A stretch of 64,000 bases of DNA from Deinococcus sp. (lineage in GTDB: Bacteria > Deinococcota > Deinococci > Deinococcales > Deinococcaceae). Under the pieces are notes generated by a model that saw nothing but the letters and a program-made list of their open reading frames with translations, searched no databases and was not told the DNA's origin. Location of the stretch: positions 320,001 through 384,000 of the forward strand of contig OZ253375.1 of assembly GCA_965261005.1 (NCBI GenBank), given 5' to 3'. A program made the position numbers and the translations under genes. This document shows, in pieces, positions 1 to 12,602 of the stretch; positions within the stretch are counted from its first letter, which is position 1, and each line of letters starts with the position of its first letter.

Positions 1-1
1 C

Positions 2-904
2 GCGGAGGTCGAGGGGTTGGGCGGCATGGCAAAGGCCGTGGCGGCGGGTATTCCCAAGCTGCGCATCGAGGAAAGCGCCGCGCGCAAGCAGGCCAGAATT
101 GACCGGGGCGAGGACGTGATCGTCGGCGTCAACAAGTACCGCGTGCAGGAGGACCGCGAGGTCGAGCTGCTCGACATCGACGACCAAAAGGTGCGCGCCG
201 GGCAGATCGCGCGGCTGGAACGGGTCAGGGCGGAGCGTGATCCGGCCGGGGTCGAGCAAGCGTTGTCTGCTTTGGAAGCCTGCGCCCGAACGGGGGAGGG
301 CAACCTGCTGGCCCTCAGCGTCGAGGCCATGCGCGCCCGCGCGACGGTCGGCGAGGTGTCGGACGCTCTGGAGCGGGTGTGGGGCCGCCATCAGGCTGAA
401 GTCAAGACGCTGGGCGGCGTCTACGCGCAGGGCTACGCGGGGGACGAAGGGTTCGGGGCGGTGCTGGCCGACGTAGAAGAATTTGCCTGGGCCGAGGGCC
501 GCCGTCCCCGCATGCTGGTCGTCAAGATGGGCCAGGACGGGCACGATAGGGGCGCCAAGGTGATCGCCACCGCCTTTGCGGACCTCGGCTTCGACGTGGA
601 CGTGGGGCCGCTGTTCCAAACCCCGGCGGAGGCCGCCCGCCAAGCGGTTGAGAACGACGTGCACATCGTCGGGGTCAGTTCCCAGGCGGCCGGGCATAGG
701 ACGCTGATTCCCCAGCTGATTCAGGCCCTCAAAGACGAAGGGGCGGGCGACGTGCTGGTGATTGCGGGCGGCGTGATCCCGCGCGCCGACTACGACGTTC
801 TGCGGGAGGCCGGCGTGGCGGCCATCTTCGGCCCCGGCACGGTCATTCCCGACGCGGCGAGGGACGTGCTGGGGCTGCTGCGGGCGAGACAAACGGTGAC
901 GTGA
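2..904 (+). CDS. scpA: Methylmalonyl-CoA mutase, C-terminal part with B12-binding domain (5' truncated by window edge)
   Basis: GVNKY motif and [25 protein letters not shown] (DxHxxG cobalamin-binding motif); followed by meaB. Confidence 0.95.
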   Translation, partial: AEVEGLGGMAKAVAAGIPKLRIEESAARKQARIDRGEDVIVGVNKYRVQEDREVELLDIDDQKVRAGQIARLERVRAERDPAGVEQALSALEACARTGEGNLLALSVEAMRARATVGEVSDALERVWGRHQAEVKTLGGVYAQGYAGDEGFGAVLADVEEFAWAEGRRPRMLVVKMGQDGHDRGAKVIATAFADLGFDVDVGPLFQTPAEAARQAVENDVHIVGVSSQAAGHRTLIPQLIQALKDEGAGDVLVIAGGVIPRADYDVLREAGVAAIFGPGTVIPDAARDVLGLLRARQTVT

Positions 905-1878
905 CGGCGCTGGTCTCAGAACTGCGCGCCGGTAGTCGCCGCGCCCTCGCCCGCGCCATCACGCTGATCGAGAGCAGCCGCGCCGACCACGCCGAACAGG
1001 CCCAGAACCTGCTGGCCGAGTTGCTGCCCTTCACCGGCAACTCCACTCGGGTCGGCTTGTCGGGTCCGCCGGGGGTCGGGAAGAGCACCTTTACCGAGGC
1101 GCTGGGCTTATTTCTGGTGGAAGCGGGGCATAAGGTCGCGGTTCTCGCGGTGGACCCCTCCTCCAACCGCACGGGCGGCTCCATCATGGGCGACAAGACC
1201 CGGATGCCGCGCCTCTCGGTTCACCCGCACGCCTTTATCCGCCCCAGCCCGGCGGGGGGCACCCTCGGCGGCGTGGCGCGGCGCACGCGCGAAACCTTGC
1301 TGCTGTGCGAGGCGGCCGGGTACGACGTCCTGCTGGTGGAGACGGTCGGGGTGGGGCAGAGCGAGGTCGCGGTGGCGGACATGACCGACCTCTTCGTACT
1401 GCTGACGCTGCCGAACGCGGGGGACGGGTTGCAGGGGGTCAAGCGCGGCGTGATGGAGCGCCTAGACCTCGCGGTCGTGAACAAGGCGGACGCCGACCCG
1501 GCGGGGGCCAACCGCGCCCAGGCAGAATTGCGGGGTGCCCTGCACCTGCTGACGTCGCGCGGCGCCACGTGGCAGCCCCGCGTCTTGCAGGCGAGCGCCC
1601 TCACCGGGGCGGGTGTGCCCGAGGTGTGGCAAAGCGTCCTCGACTACCGGGAGGCGCTGGGCGAGAAGTTGGCCGACAAGAGACGCGAACAGCAACTGGC
1701 TTGGTTTGAGGAACTGCTGCGGGAACGGGTCTGGAGCGCTTTTGTAAGCAACGTTCAGCTGGAGCAACTGCTCGCCGTGCGCCGGGCCGTGGTCGGGGGA
1801 ACGTTGACGCCAGCTCAGGGAGTGCAGAAAATATTGGTCGAGCAGGTGCTTCAAACGTCCCCGTCGTCCCCCAATTGA
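901..1878 (+). CDS. meaB: Methylmalonyl-CoA mutase-associated GTPase MeaB/ArgK
   Basis: GPPGVGKS P-loop, [35 protein letters not shown] overlap with the mutase. Confidence 0.95.
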   Translation: MTALVSELRAGSRRALARAITLIESSRADHAEQAQNLLAELLPFTGNSTRVGLSGPPGVGKSTFTEALGLFLVEAGHKVAVLAVDPSSNRTGGSIMGDKTRMPRLSVHPHAFIRPSPAGGTLGGVARRTRETLLLCEAAGYDVLLVETVGVGQSEVAVADMTDLFVLLTLPNAGDGLQGVKRGVMERLDLAVVNKADADPAGANRAQAELRGALHLLTSRGATWQPRVLQASALTGAGVPEVWQSVLDYREALGEKLADKRREQQLAWFEELLRERVWSAFVSNVQLEQLLAVRRAVVGGTLTPAQGVQKILVEQVLQTSPSSPN

Positions 1879-3425
1879 ACCTCTTGTAAATCGAGGTCGT
1901 GCGCGACGGCGCGCCGCGTCTCGTCGCTGATGGTGTTGTCGTCACGCAGGCGCCGCAAGGCCGCGCGCTCGGCGGCGATGGCCTCGCGCTCTAGGCGCTC
2001 GAACTCGCTGGAAAAGCCTTTTCTGGACGAATCGGCCGGCGCTTCCTGAAGGTGGCGAAGCTGCGCTTGGTAACGGGCCAGCAGACCGTCGAGGACCTTG
2101 CCGCGCCGTTCCGGCTGCCCCGCGATCTCTTCCAGCCGCGCGCCTGCCGCCTCCGCCGCCGCGATGCGGGCGGTGTGTTCCTCGCGCGCCGCGCCGTCGT
2201 CGCTCTCGAAGTGCAGCGCGCGGACCAGGGCCGGCAAGCTGAGGCCCTGCACCACCAGCGTGAACAGAATCACGCCGAAGGTGAGCAGCAGAATCTGGCG
2301 GCTTTGTGGAAACGCCCGCCCGCCCACGCTGGGCAGCGAGAGGGCGGCGGCCAGCGAAAGGACGCCGCGCGAGCCGGTCCAGCCGATCAGCAGCACGTTT
2401 GGCCAGGAGTTCTTTTTGATGTTTCTGATCAGGCGCAGAATGTAGGCGGCGGGAAACACCTAGATCAGGCGGATCAGCGCGACGCTCAGGGCGACGGCCA
2501 GGGCCGCCAGCAGCGTGCCCAGCGGCCCCCGGTCTCCAAGCGCCCCGATCACCCTGGGCAGCTGCAAGCCGATCAGCAAAAAGGCGAAGCCGTTCAGCAG
2601 GTAGGTGGTCAGGCCCCACACCTGGGCGGCGTTCAAGCGGCCCTGCACCGAGAGCAGCGTGTCCTCGTTGCGTCCGAGGTACAGCCCCGCCGCGACGACG
2701 GCCAGAATGCCCGAGCCGCCCAGCTGGTCGGCGGTCAGGTAGGCCACAAAGGGCGTGATCAGCGACAGGCCAGTGCTCACCAGTGGGTCGGAGGGCGCCC
2801 GCTTGTCCATCCGGCGGCGCAGCCAGCCGTCGAGCCACGCCACCGCGAGGCCGGCCAAAACGCCGACGCCAACTGCCAGCCCCAGCTTCCACAACGCGCC
2901 GCCCCAGGAAAACGTGCCGCTCACCACGGCGGCCACCGCGACGCCAAACACGGTCAGGCCGGTGGCGTCGTTGACCAGGCCCTCGCCCTCCAGAATCTGC
3001 ACCGGCTGCTGCGGCACGTTCAGGCGCGAGGACACCGAGTTGGCCGCCACCGTGTCGGTGGGCGAGACGACCGCGCCCAGCACAAAGGCCGGCCCCCACG
3101 CGAGGCCCGCCCAAGCGTGGGCCACCCACGCCACCCCCGCCACCGTGAACAGCACCAAGCCGACCGCCAGCAGGGAGATACCGGCGAAATTGGCGCGAAA
3201 GTCGCGCCAGGAGGTGTTGTAGCTCGCCGAGTACACCAGCGGCGGGACCAGCAGCAGAAACACGATCTCGGGACGCAGGATCACGTCCGGAAAACTGGGA
3301 ATCAGACCGAGGGCCAGGCCCACCAGCACCTGCACGGCCGGGATGGGCACCGACCAGCGGCTCGTCAAGGCGCGCAGGGCCACCACCACCGCCAGCAACC
3401 CGAAGAAGATCTCGCTCTCGATCAA
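1851..3425 (-). pseudogene. CPA1/NhaP-family Na+/H+ antiporter interrupted by one in-frame TAG at 2460-2462
   Basis: ORFs 2460-3425 and 1851-2459 are in the same frame (..LIRLI*VFPAAY..); motifs SPTD, ILEGEGLVNDA, GSRGVLSLAAALSLP. Confidence 0.8.
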
Positions 3426-3475
3426 GGCTCACCTCCCGTGTTCAGCTTCAGGTTGTACCACGCCGCTTCCCGCCA

Positions 3476-3508
3476 TAAAAACAGGGCGCCCCATGACGGG
3501 GCGCCCCT
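3476..3508 (-). terminator. Intrinsic terminator after the ferritin-like gene
   Basis: GGGCGCCCC-5 nt-GGGGCGCCC stem followed by TGTTTTT on the minus strand. Confidence 0.75.
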
Positions 3509-3520
3509 CTGAAACTCTTT

Positions 3521-4429
3521 TTACCTGATGGCGCCGTTCAGCCCGTTCGGGTAAAAGCCGCCCTTTTTCGCGTTTGGCGCGAGGTAGACGATGTTGAGCA
3601 CCTCGCGGGTGCTGCGGTGGTAGGCGACGCTGTTCATGTCGGCCGGGACCACGTTGGCGCGGCCGTTCATCACCACGCCCTGATCGCTGCCGCCGCCCAC
3701 CTTGGCCCGCAGCGCGCTGATGGCCGCCGTGACCTGCGCGACGCTCAGGCCGGCCGCCGCCGCGATGTCGCGCCGGGCGAACAGCTGGGCGCGCACCTCG
3801 CCCGCGTGGTAGGCCTCCACCGCCAGAATGCCGGCCGCCGCCTGAAGGTAGGCCGGGTTGGTGATCAGGGTGGCGGCGCCGTTGTAGGCGGTCACGCCGA
3901 CGTCCTCGAAGATAAAGGCGCCGTGCAAAAAGAAGAGGTCGTTCGCGAAGGGGTTGAAGCCCCTGATGGCCCCGCCCGAGGCCGCCTGCCCCGCCGCGTC
4001 AAAGGCGCCGGCGAGGTCGAGGGCTGGGCGCGCCACGTGCTTCATGCCCAGCGCCTTGATCAGGAACTTGACGTGGTTCAGTTCGTCGTCGGCGATCTCG
4101 CGCGCGTAGGCCTCCACGTCGCCGTCCCTAAACTGCATGCCCACGTTGCCGTCAAAGCCCATCGGCAGCTTGATGGGGGCGTTTCCGCCGAGCATCTGCA
4201 CTTCCTTCAAGCGACCGACCGCCGCCAAGTAAAAGGCGGCCTCCAGGTATTCCAGGTTGAGGGCGAAGTTGAGCACCTCGACGTCGAGGTTCTTCTTCAT
4301 CTGCATGCCTTGGGCGCCGGCTTCCGTCAGCAGGCCGCCGCCGACTGTCGCCAAAGTGGCCCCAATGCCGACCTTGCCCAGCGCGCCGAGGGCGGCGCGG
4401 CGATTCAACTTCTTGTCTGAATCATTCAT
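3521..4429 (-). CDS. Tat-exported ferritin-like, desiccation-related protein (PCC13-62/DRB0118-like)
   Basis: RRAALG Tat-like signal; [50 protein letters not shown] before ATG 4429. Confidence 0.85.
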   Translation of the reverse strand: MNDSDKKLNRRAALGALGKVGIGATLATVGGGLLTEAGAQGMQMKKNLDVEVLNFALNLEYLEAAFYLAAVGRLKEVQMLGGNAPIKLPMGFDGNVGMQFRDGDVEAYAREIADDELNHVKFLIKALGMKHVARPALDLAGAFDAAGQAASGGAIRGFNPFANDLFFLHGAFIFEDVGVTAYNGAATLITNPAYLQAAAGILAVEAYHAGEVRAQLFARRDIAAAAGLSVAQVTAAISALRAKVGGGSDQGVVMNGRANVVPADMNSVAYHRSTREVLNIVYLAPNAKKGGFYPNGLNGAIR

Positions 4430-4527
4430 GTGTACCTCCTTTGAGCATGATGAGGGAAACCTCACGCCGGGGACATGTAAATTCGTACAAGGTCACAAGC
4501 TCTTACGCTGGGGCCTTAAAGTGAGGC

Positions 4528-4860
4528 GTGGACAAGACCATTTTCGGGCGCATCATCGCTCGCGAGATTCCCGCCGACATCGTCTACGAGGACAACGGCT
4601 ACATCGCCATTCGCGACATCGCCCCCAAGGCGCCCATTCATGTGCTGGTGATTCCTAAACGGCCGAGTACTCGTCTCGACGAGATTCGGGACGAGGCCGA
4701 AATGGGGCGCCTCTTTCTGACAGCCGGCCAGGTGGCCCGCTCGCTCGCGCCGGACTACCGCTTGGTCGTGAACGTCGGCAGAGGTGGCGGGCAGGAGGTC
4801 TTCCACACCCACGTGCATATCTTGGCGGGGTGGGATGGGGGGCCGCCGAACGATATTTAA
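4528..4860 (+). CDS. HIT-family nucleotide-binding protein
   Basis: [44 protein letters not shown] histidine triad. Confidence 0.92.
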   Translation: MDKTIFGRIIAREIPADIVYEDNGYIAIRDIAPKAPIHVLVIPKRPSTRLDEIRDEAEMGRLFLTAGQVARSLAPDYRLVVNVGRGGGQEVFHTHVHILAGWDGGPPNDI

Positions 4861-4863
4861 AAG

Positions 4864-5856
4864 TCAGCGCTGGTTGTGCTCCAGCTCGGCCCGGCGCTTG
4901 ATGGCGAAGTTCTGGGTCAGGGCCGTCTCGCTCTCATATCCCTTGCGGCTTTGCGGACCGATGCCGCCGGGGGCGGGCAGGAAACGGTTCGCCAGCGCGC
5001 TCAGGTTGGCAGTGACGCCGGGAAAGACGCCGTGGGCGGCGGCCAGCAGCTTGGCGGGGACGCCGGTGATGACCTCGGCCTGACCGTTCACCAGCGCCCG
5101 GAGAATCTCCTCGGCGGCCTGCTCGGCGCTCTGCGACAGGCCCGGCAAATTGTCCGCGAGGGCGAACCAGCGGTACTCCTCGAAGTGGCGCCCCTTCACG
5201 TTCACGTTCCTGGGGCTGCCAGTGCGAATCAAATTGGGATAGGCGGTGGTGACCAGAATGCCGTCCCGCATCAGCTCGGCGCGCCAGCCTTGGCTGAGGC
5301 CCGCGAGGGCGAACTTGCTGGCCGAGTAGGGCAGCAGGTGCGGCACGGCCACCTTGCCGCCGATGGAGCAGATGTTGAGGATGCGCCCGCCGCCCTGAGC
5401 CTTCATGGTGTCGCGGGCGGCCAACATGCCGTGCAGCGGGCCGTAGAAGTTGACGGCCATCACGCCCTCGTAATCTTCCAGGGTCATGCTCTCCAGCGGC
5501 CCGACGGCAATGGTGCCGGCGTCGTTGATCAGCACGTCCAGGCAACCGTAGCGCTCCACGGTCAGGCGCACGGCCTCCGTCACCTCGGTCGCCACGGTCA
5601 CGTCGCCCGCCAGGGCCAGCACCGGGGCGCCCAGGGCGACCAGCTCCCGCTCGGCCTCGCGCAGCTCGTTCACGTCGCGGGCGAAGAGAGCGAGCCTGGC
5701 CCCACGCCGCGCCAGTTGGCGCGCCAAGGTCAGGCCCAAGCCGCGCGAGCCGCCCGTGATCAGCACTGATTTACCTTGCAGGCTGTACTCGCTCTTTTTG
5801 CGCAGCACGGCGTAGGCGGCGGCGCCCAGCAGAAGGGAGGTCAACAGTCGCTTCAT
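4864..5856 (-). CDS. SDR-family oxidoreductase
   Basis: TGGSRGLG Rossmann motif and YSASK catalytic motif; N-terminal hydrophobic anchor. Confidence 0.9.
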   Translation of the reverse strand: MKRLLTSLLLGAAAYAVLRKKSEYSLQGKSVLITGGSRGLGLTLARQLARRGARLALFARDVNELREAERELVALGAPVLALAGDVTVATEVTEAVRLTVERYGCLDVLINDAGTIAVGPLESMTLEDYEGVMAVNFYGPLHGMLAARDTMKAQGGGRILNICSIGGKVAVPHLLPYSASKFALAGLSQGWRAELMRDGILVTTAYPNLIRTGSPRNVNVKGRHFEEYRWFALADNLPGLSQSAEQAAEEILRALVNGQAEVITGVPAKLLAAAHGVFPGVTANLSALANRFLPAPGGIGPQSRKGYESETALTQNFAIKRRAELEHNQR

Positions 5857-5924
5857 GGCACCGTTATGCCGCGCCTTCCTGAAGCGCTTCCGTCACTCGG
5901 CTGTGCTGGCCTTTATGTGTCGGT

Positions 5925-6194
5925 TCAGCGCCGCACCCGAACGCCCTTCCCCGGCGCCTGCCCGCCCACCCACTTCAGAAAGCGGGCCATCTCCGGCTCT
6001 TCGCGCAACGCCTCCACGGTGTTCAGCTCGCGCGCGAGGCGTTCGTGCGGGTAGAGCGCGTGCAGCTGGCGGTGGCAGGCCGGGCACAGCTTGGCGGTGG
6101 GCAGCACTTGGCCGCGTTTGCCGCGTGATTTCGGGATCAGGTGGTGGACGGTCAGGCGCGGCACGTCGCGCCCGCAGAGTTCGCACTGGGCCAC
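5925..6194 (-). CDS. Small HNH endonuclease-family protein
   Basis: CELC...HHLIPKSRG...LCPACHRQLH zinc-finger/HNH pattern. Confidence 0.8.
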   Translation of the reverse strand: MAQCELCGRDVPRLTVHHLIPKSRGKRGQVLPTAKLCPACHRQLHALYPHERLARELNTVEALREEPEMARFLKWVGGQAPGKGVRVRR

Positions 6195-6199
6195 GCTCT

Positions 6200-7036
6200 C
6201 TACCCGTCGAGCTGCGAAAAGCCCTCCAAGCCGTCGAACATGCCGCGCAGCGGGTAGCGCTCAATCGGCCCGCGCGTGCCGCCGAGGCTAAAGGCCTCGC
6301 TTGCCAGCATGGGGCCGCGCATTTTCTGCTGCTCCTCCTCGGACAGTTGGCCCATGCGCGAGGTGGGACCGGTCTGGGTGCCGTGCGCCCTGAGGGCCGC
6401 CATCTTGCGCTCGGCGTAGGCGCGCACGTCCACGCGGACGGCCACGGTGGTGTCGCTGACGCCGTAGCGCTCGGCCTCGTAGGGCATGGTCTGGCCCATC
6501 GCCTTGAAGCGCGCGGCGAACTCCACCGGCATGGCCGTGAAGAAGAGCCGTGACAAACCGGCGTAGCGCGCCCCACCCGAAAAGAACGCCGCGCTGGCCG
6601 CCCGGTGGACCACCAGATGGTCGATATGGCCGTAGCCGCCGTGCGGATCGAAGGTGAGCATCACCTGCGGCCGCACCCGTTCGATCAGCGTCAGAACTTT
6701 GGTCTCCACCTCGAAGGGGTCCACGTTCATCAGGGCCAGGGGGTCGTCGGCGCGCACCCGCTCGGCGCGGCCCGAGTCGTGGAAGTCGAGGAAGACCGGC
6801 GCCGGAATGCCCAGGACGCGGCAGGCCGCCTTCAGTTCCTCCTCGCGCTGTTGGCCGAGGTCGGTCACGGTCATGCTGGGGTCGGTGATCTTGCCGGCCT
6901 CGCCCCGGTTGGCGCAGGCGAGCGTGATGTTGACGCCCTTTTCGGCGTAGTAGGCCAGGGTGCCGCCGCTGGAAAAGGCCTCGTCGTCGGGGTGGGCGAA
7001 CACGGCCAGCAGGAAGGTTGGTCGGGCATGCGTCAT
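6200..7036 (-). CDS. PIG-L/LmbE-family deacetylase (BshB-like)
   Basis: AHPDDE, RGEAG, FDPHGGYGHIDH motifs; bshA is in the same window. Confidence 0.88.
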   Translation of the reverse strand: MTHARPTFLLAVFAHPDDEAFSSGGTLAYYAEKGVNITLACANRGEAGKITDPSMTVTDLGQQREEELKAACRVLGIPAPVFLDFHDSGRAERVRADDPLALMNVDPFEVETKVLTLIERVRPQVMLTFDPHGGYGHIDHLVVHRAASAAFFSGGARYAGLSRLFFTAMPVEFAARFKAMGQTMPYEAERYGVSDTTVAVRVDVRAYAERKMAALRAHGTQTGPTSRMGQLSEEEQQKMRGPMLASEAFSLGGTRGPIERYPLRGMFDGLEGFSQLDG

Positions 7037-7135
7037 CTTGTCGCCGGGAACGGCGGGCAACTGGGCCGGAGGTTACGGGCCAAGCAGACGGCACAGAAAA
7101 ACGGCCCGTTTGTCTTTTCGGTGTACACTCCGGGC

Positions 7136-8701
<1,566 letters not shown>

Positions 8702-8705
<4 letters not shown>

Positions 8706-9970
8706 TCACCAAGCTAGAGAAGGTGAAACGGCTCGGTGGTGATGGGCTTGAAAGTGTGTGGGTGCAGGACGGCCTAATCCTCGGCTGGAACCTCGATCTT
8801 ACGGCCGACCTCACCTTGGGCGGGCGCGGCGGCACGGTCGTCCCGGCCTTTTTGGAGCTGCACGCCCACCTGCGCGAGCCGGGTCAGGAGGAAAAGGAGG
8901 ACCTCGCTTCCGGCCTGGCGGCGGCGGCGGCCGGCGGCTACGGCACGGTCGTCTCGATGCCCAACACCGTGCCGGCCGTGGACCAGCCGAGTTTGGTGCG
9001 CGGTCTGATCGAAAAGGCGGAACAGCTCGGCCTCGCACGCCTGCGCCCCGCCGCCGCCCTGACGCGGGGGCAACTGGGCGAACAGCTCGCCGAACTCGCC
9101 CTCTTAAAAGCGGCCGGCGCCGCCATGTTCACCGACGACGGCCGCACCAACGAGGACGCCCGTGTGCTCAGGCTCGGTTTGGAGTACGCGGGTTCCCTCG
9201 GCATGGTCGTCAGCGTGCACGCCGAGGACGCCGGCCTGCGCGCGGACGGTGTGATGAACGAGGGCGCCGTCAGCGAGGGGCTGGGCTTGCCCGGCAACCC
9301 GTGGGCGGCCGAGGCGGCGCGGGTGGCGCGCGACATCGAAATTGCCCGCTTGGTTTCTCGGCAAAACGGCGGGGCGCGGCTGCACGTCCAGCACCTCTCC
9401 ACCGCCCGCGCCCTGGACTTGGTGCGCGCCGCCAAGCAGGGGGGCGTGCCCGTCACCTGCGAGGTCTGCCCTCACCACCTGACCCTGACCGACGAGGCGC
9501 TGAGAAACTTCGACGCTGTTTACAAGGTGGCGCCCCCTTTGCGAACGCAAGCAGACGCGGACGCCCTGCTGGAGGGGCTGCGCGACGGCACGGTGGACGC
9601 CCTCGCCACCGACCACGCTCCCCACACGCGGGCCGAAAAGGAGCGCGACTTGCTGGACGCCCCCTTTGGCATCCCGTCCATCGAGGTCGCCTTTGCGCTG
9701 ATGTACACCCGCTTCGGGCAGGTGTTGGGCCTGGACAGAATCGTTCACCTGCTGACCGCTGGGCCGGCGGGGGTCATGGGCTGGCCCGCGCCGGGCTTGC
9801 AGGCGGGCGCCCCGGCCGACCTGACCGTGCTGGACCTCGACACGGAGCGCCCGGTGGACCCCACGACCTTCAAGAGCAAGGCCAAGTTCAGCCCCTGGGC
9901 GGGGGAGACGCTGCGCGGCTGGCCGCTGCTGACGCTGGTGGAGGGGAGAGTGGCGTTCGAGCGCGGCTAG
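8702..9970 (+). CDS. pyrC: Dihydroorotase
   Basis: HAHLREPG, MPNT, PHHL, PPLR, ATDHAPH; ATGA coupling to pyrB. Confidence 0.94.
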
Positions 9971-10085
9971 CTTCTGGCCCCCGGTTTGCACCGACTTGAA
10001 CCCGCCCCCAACCTTATGCGTACCCCCTTCAAAGCCACACTCGCGCCGGCTTTCGTTCTTCGGCCAGAAGGTTCTGGAGGTGCCC

Positions 10086-10523
10086 ATGTTTCGTTTGCGC
10101 TCAAGCCCGCTGTTGAAGGTCGGCCTCTCACTGAGTATGTCGCTGCTGAGCGGCCTCGCCGCCGCGCAGGACGCCGCCGACAACGTGATCGTCCAGGTGG
10201 GGGTGCTGCACGGCGTCTTGCCCCAAAGTCTCGCCACCGTCGTGGTCTACCACGACAACTCGGGCGGCGTGCGGCTGCGGTTGCACGGTTTGCATCTGGC
10301 GCCCCAAACAGGTCTGAAGGTGTGGCTGTACAAGGCGGTGCCGCAGCCCGGCGAGCGCGGCCTGGACGGGGCCGGCGATTTTCTGGCGGTGGGCGATCTG
10401 CGGCGCTTTGCGGGAAACGTCGAGTACCCGCTGCCGGGCGGCATTGACATGGCCGGCTTTCACAGCGTCGTGGTTTGGTCGGCCACGGGCAAGCAGGTCG
10501 TCGCCGTCGCCCCGCTTACCTGA
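10086..10523 (+). CDS. Secreted DM13-domain protein
   Basis: Signal peptide (..LAAAQ); LKVWL..GDLRRFAGNVEYPLPGGIDMAGFHSVVVW resembles the DM13 pattern; GGAGG RBS. Confidence 0.6.
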   Translation: MFRLRSSPLLKVGLSLSMSLLSGLAAAQDAADNVIVQVGVLHGVLPQSLATVVVYHDNSGGVRLRLHGLHLAPQTGLKVWLYKAVPQPGERGLDGAGDFLAVGDLRRFAGNVEYPLPGGIDMAGFHSVVVWSATGKQVVAVAPLT

Positions 10524-11595
10524 GCGCGGTCCCCACCGCCCCCGCCACGTTTCCAAAGCCGTCCCGCTCAAGCAGCCCGGCCAGCTCGCGGTTGATCCGG
10601 CTTGGCAAGCTTGGCCCCTCGTAGATCAGGGCGGTGTAGACCTCGATCAAGCTGGCGCCCGCGCGAATTTTGGCGTAGGCGTCCTGGCCCGTGAACACGC
10701 CCCCGGAGGCGACGATGGGCAGCTTGCCCCCCGTGAGCGCGTGAGCTTTGCGCACCAGCTCGGTGCTGCGCGCCGCCAGGGGCTTCCCGCTCAAGCCGCC
10801 GGTCTGGTCGCGGTGGGGGTGGGTCAACCCCGCCCGCCCCAGGGTGGTGTTCGCCACGACCACGCCCGCCACCCCCGCGTCCAGCGCCGCCCCCAAAGTT
10901 ACGTTCAGAGCAGCGTCGTCCAAATCCGGCGCGATCTTGACCAGCACCGGCGCCGTTTTCAGATGCCGCACCCGCTGAGCCTCCACCTCGGCCAGCACGG
11001 CGCTCAGCAACCTTTTCAACTCGTCCGCGCCTTGCAGCGCCCGCAGCCCCGGCGTGTTGGGCGAGGAGACGTTCACCACGAACAAATCGGCGTGGGGGAA
11101 GAGCGTCCGGACGCAGGCTTGGTAGTCGTCCGCCGCCGCCTCATTCGGCGTGTCCTTGTTCTTGCCGATGTTGACCGCGATGGGAACCGGGCGCGAGGTC
11201 AACTCGGCCAATCGCCCGGCCACCACGTCCATGCCGGCGTTGTTGAAGCCCATCCGGTTGATCAGGGCGAAGTCCCCCGGCAGACGGAACAATCTTGGGC
11301 GCGGGTTGCCCGCCTGTGCCCGGGGCGTGACGGTGCCCACCTCTAAAAAGCCCAGCCCCAGGCGTGAAAGGGCCGCCACCGCCCGCGCGTCCTTGTCGAG
11401 GCCCGCCGCCAGGCCGAGGGGGGAGGGAAAGGTCAGGCCGAACAGGTTGGTACTCAGGCGCGGATCGTCCGGCACGCCGTAGAGGGCGTTCAGCAGGTTG
11501 GCACTCGGCCCCAACCCCAAGCCCCGCAGCGTCAGGTGGTGGGCGTCCTCGGCCTCCAAGCGGAACAGCGCGGGGCGCAGCAGGCGCGGGTACAA
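10516..11595 (-). CDS. pyrD: Quinone-dependent dihydroorotate dehydrogenase
   Basis: GLAAGLDK, GNPRPRLFRL, INRMGFNN, NVSSPNTPGLR, GGLSG. Confidence 0.96.
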   Translation of the reverse strand: MYPRLLRPALFRLEAEDAHHLTLRGLGLGPSANLLNALYGVPDDPRLSTNLFGLTFPSPLGLAAGLDKDARAVAALSRLGLGFLEVGTVTPRAQAGNPRPRLFRLPGDFALINRMGFNNAGMDVVAGRLAELTSRPVPIAVNIGKNKDTPNEAAADDYQACVRTLFPHADLFVVNVSSPNTPGLRALQGADELKRLLSAVLAEVEAQRVRHLKTAPVLVKIAPDLDDAALNVTLGAALDAGVAGVVVANTTLGRAGLTHPHRDQTGGLSGKPLAARSTELVRKAHALTGGKLPIVASGGVFTGQDAYAKIRAGASLIEVYTALIYEGPSLPSRINRELAGLLERDGFGNVAGAVGTALR

Positions 11596-11598
11596 CGC

Positions 11599-12069
11599 TC
11601 AGTTCCTGACGGCGTCTTCGTGGCGGTAGGCCGGCTCCAGCTGCACCAGCTGCCCTTGCTCCAAGCGCAAATTCTCCTCGATCAGGTCGGCCAGCGTGGT
11701 GTTGCCCAGCACGCCGCGCACCGCGTCCTCGACCCGGCGCCACAGTCCCTCGGTGGCGCAGGCGCCCACGCGGGCGCAGCTGTCCCCGTCCTCCAGGCAG
11801 GACACCGGCGACAAGCTGCCCTCCAGCGCCACGACCACGTCCCAAGCCAGGATGTGTTCGGGCGAGCGGGCCAGCTTGTAGCCGCCGTGCGCCCCGCGTA
11901 CCGAGCGCACAAAGCCGCTGCGGCGCAGCTGCGCGGCCAGCTGTTCCAGATAGTGCTGACTGATGGCCTGCTTGGCGGCCACGTCAATCAGCGGCACCAC
12001 CTCGCCCGGCCGCTTGCCGATCTCGATCAGGGCGCGCAGCCCGTATTGCGCTTTGGTGGACACCCACAT
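11599..12069 (-). CDS. Rrf2-family (IscR-like) transcriptional regulator
   Basis: STKAQYGLRAL, YLEQL, SVRGAHGGY, three C-terminal Cys. Confidence 0.92.
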   Translation of the reverse strand: MWVSTKAQYGLRALIEIGKRPGEVVPLIDVAAKQAISQHYLEQLAAQLRRSGFVRSVRGAHGGYKLARSPEHILAWDVVVALEGSLSPVSCLEDGDSCARVGACATEGLWRRVEDAVRGVLGNTTLADLIEENLRLEQGQLVQLEPAYRHEDAVRN

Positions 12070-12153
12070 GGAAAACCTCGTTTCGCCCCCATTCTAAAGC
12101 CGGAAAAGTCGTAAGGCAAATACGGGATTGCTCTTGGCGCCTAGACTGGCCGC

Positions 12154-12565
12154 GTGAGCGACCTGACTCCCTTTGTTGAGCAGACGAGGCGCGACCTTGC
12201 CCAACTGGTGGCCCTTCAGAGCGTCTCGGCGCAGGGGCGGCACCTCCCGGAGACGGCCGACGCCGTGACGGCCTTGCTGGAGGCGGAGGGCTTCAGCGTG
12301 CGGCGCTTTCCCGGTCAGGTGGCGCCCATTCTGCTGGCGGAGGCGGGAAGCGGGGCGCGCACGGTTCTGCTGTACAACCACTACGACGTGCAGCCCGAGG
12401 CCCCGCTGGAGCTGTGGGACAGCCCCCCCTTCGAATTGACCGAACGGGGGCATTGGCAACCTGGGCGGCCGGGTCCACGCGCCCAATGAGAACATCCGGG
12501 TGGCCGACTTCGGGCGCGGCATCGCGTTTGGCTTGGAGTTCTTCGTGAGGCTGGCCCGCAGCTGA
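12154..12565 (+). pseudogene. M20-family peptidase with a large internal deletion
   Basis: N-terminus to YNHYDVQP..WDSPPFELTER joins out of frame to the C-terminal GIGNLGGRVHAPNENIRVADF..RLARS* at about 12445-12450. Confidence 0.85.
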
Positions 12566-12602
12566 GTTAGGCTGGAACCTCTCTCTCAGAAAGCGAGTTC
12601 TT

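Noticed and set aside
12105..12129. Rrf2 autoregulatory palindrome AAAGTCGTA-N7-TACGGGATT
   Set aside because: Plausible position but only partial symmetry; not supportable from sequence alone
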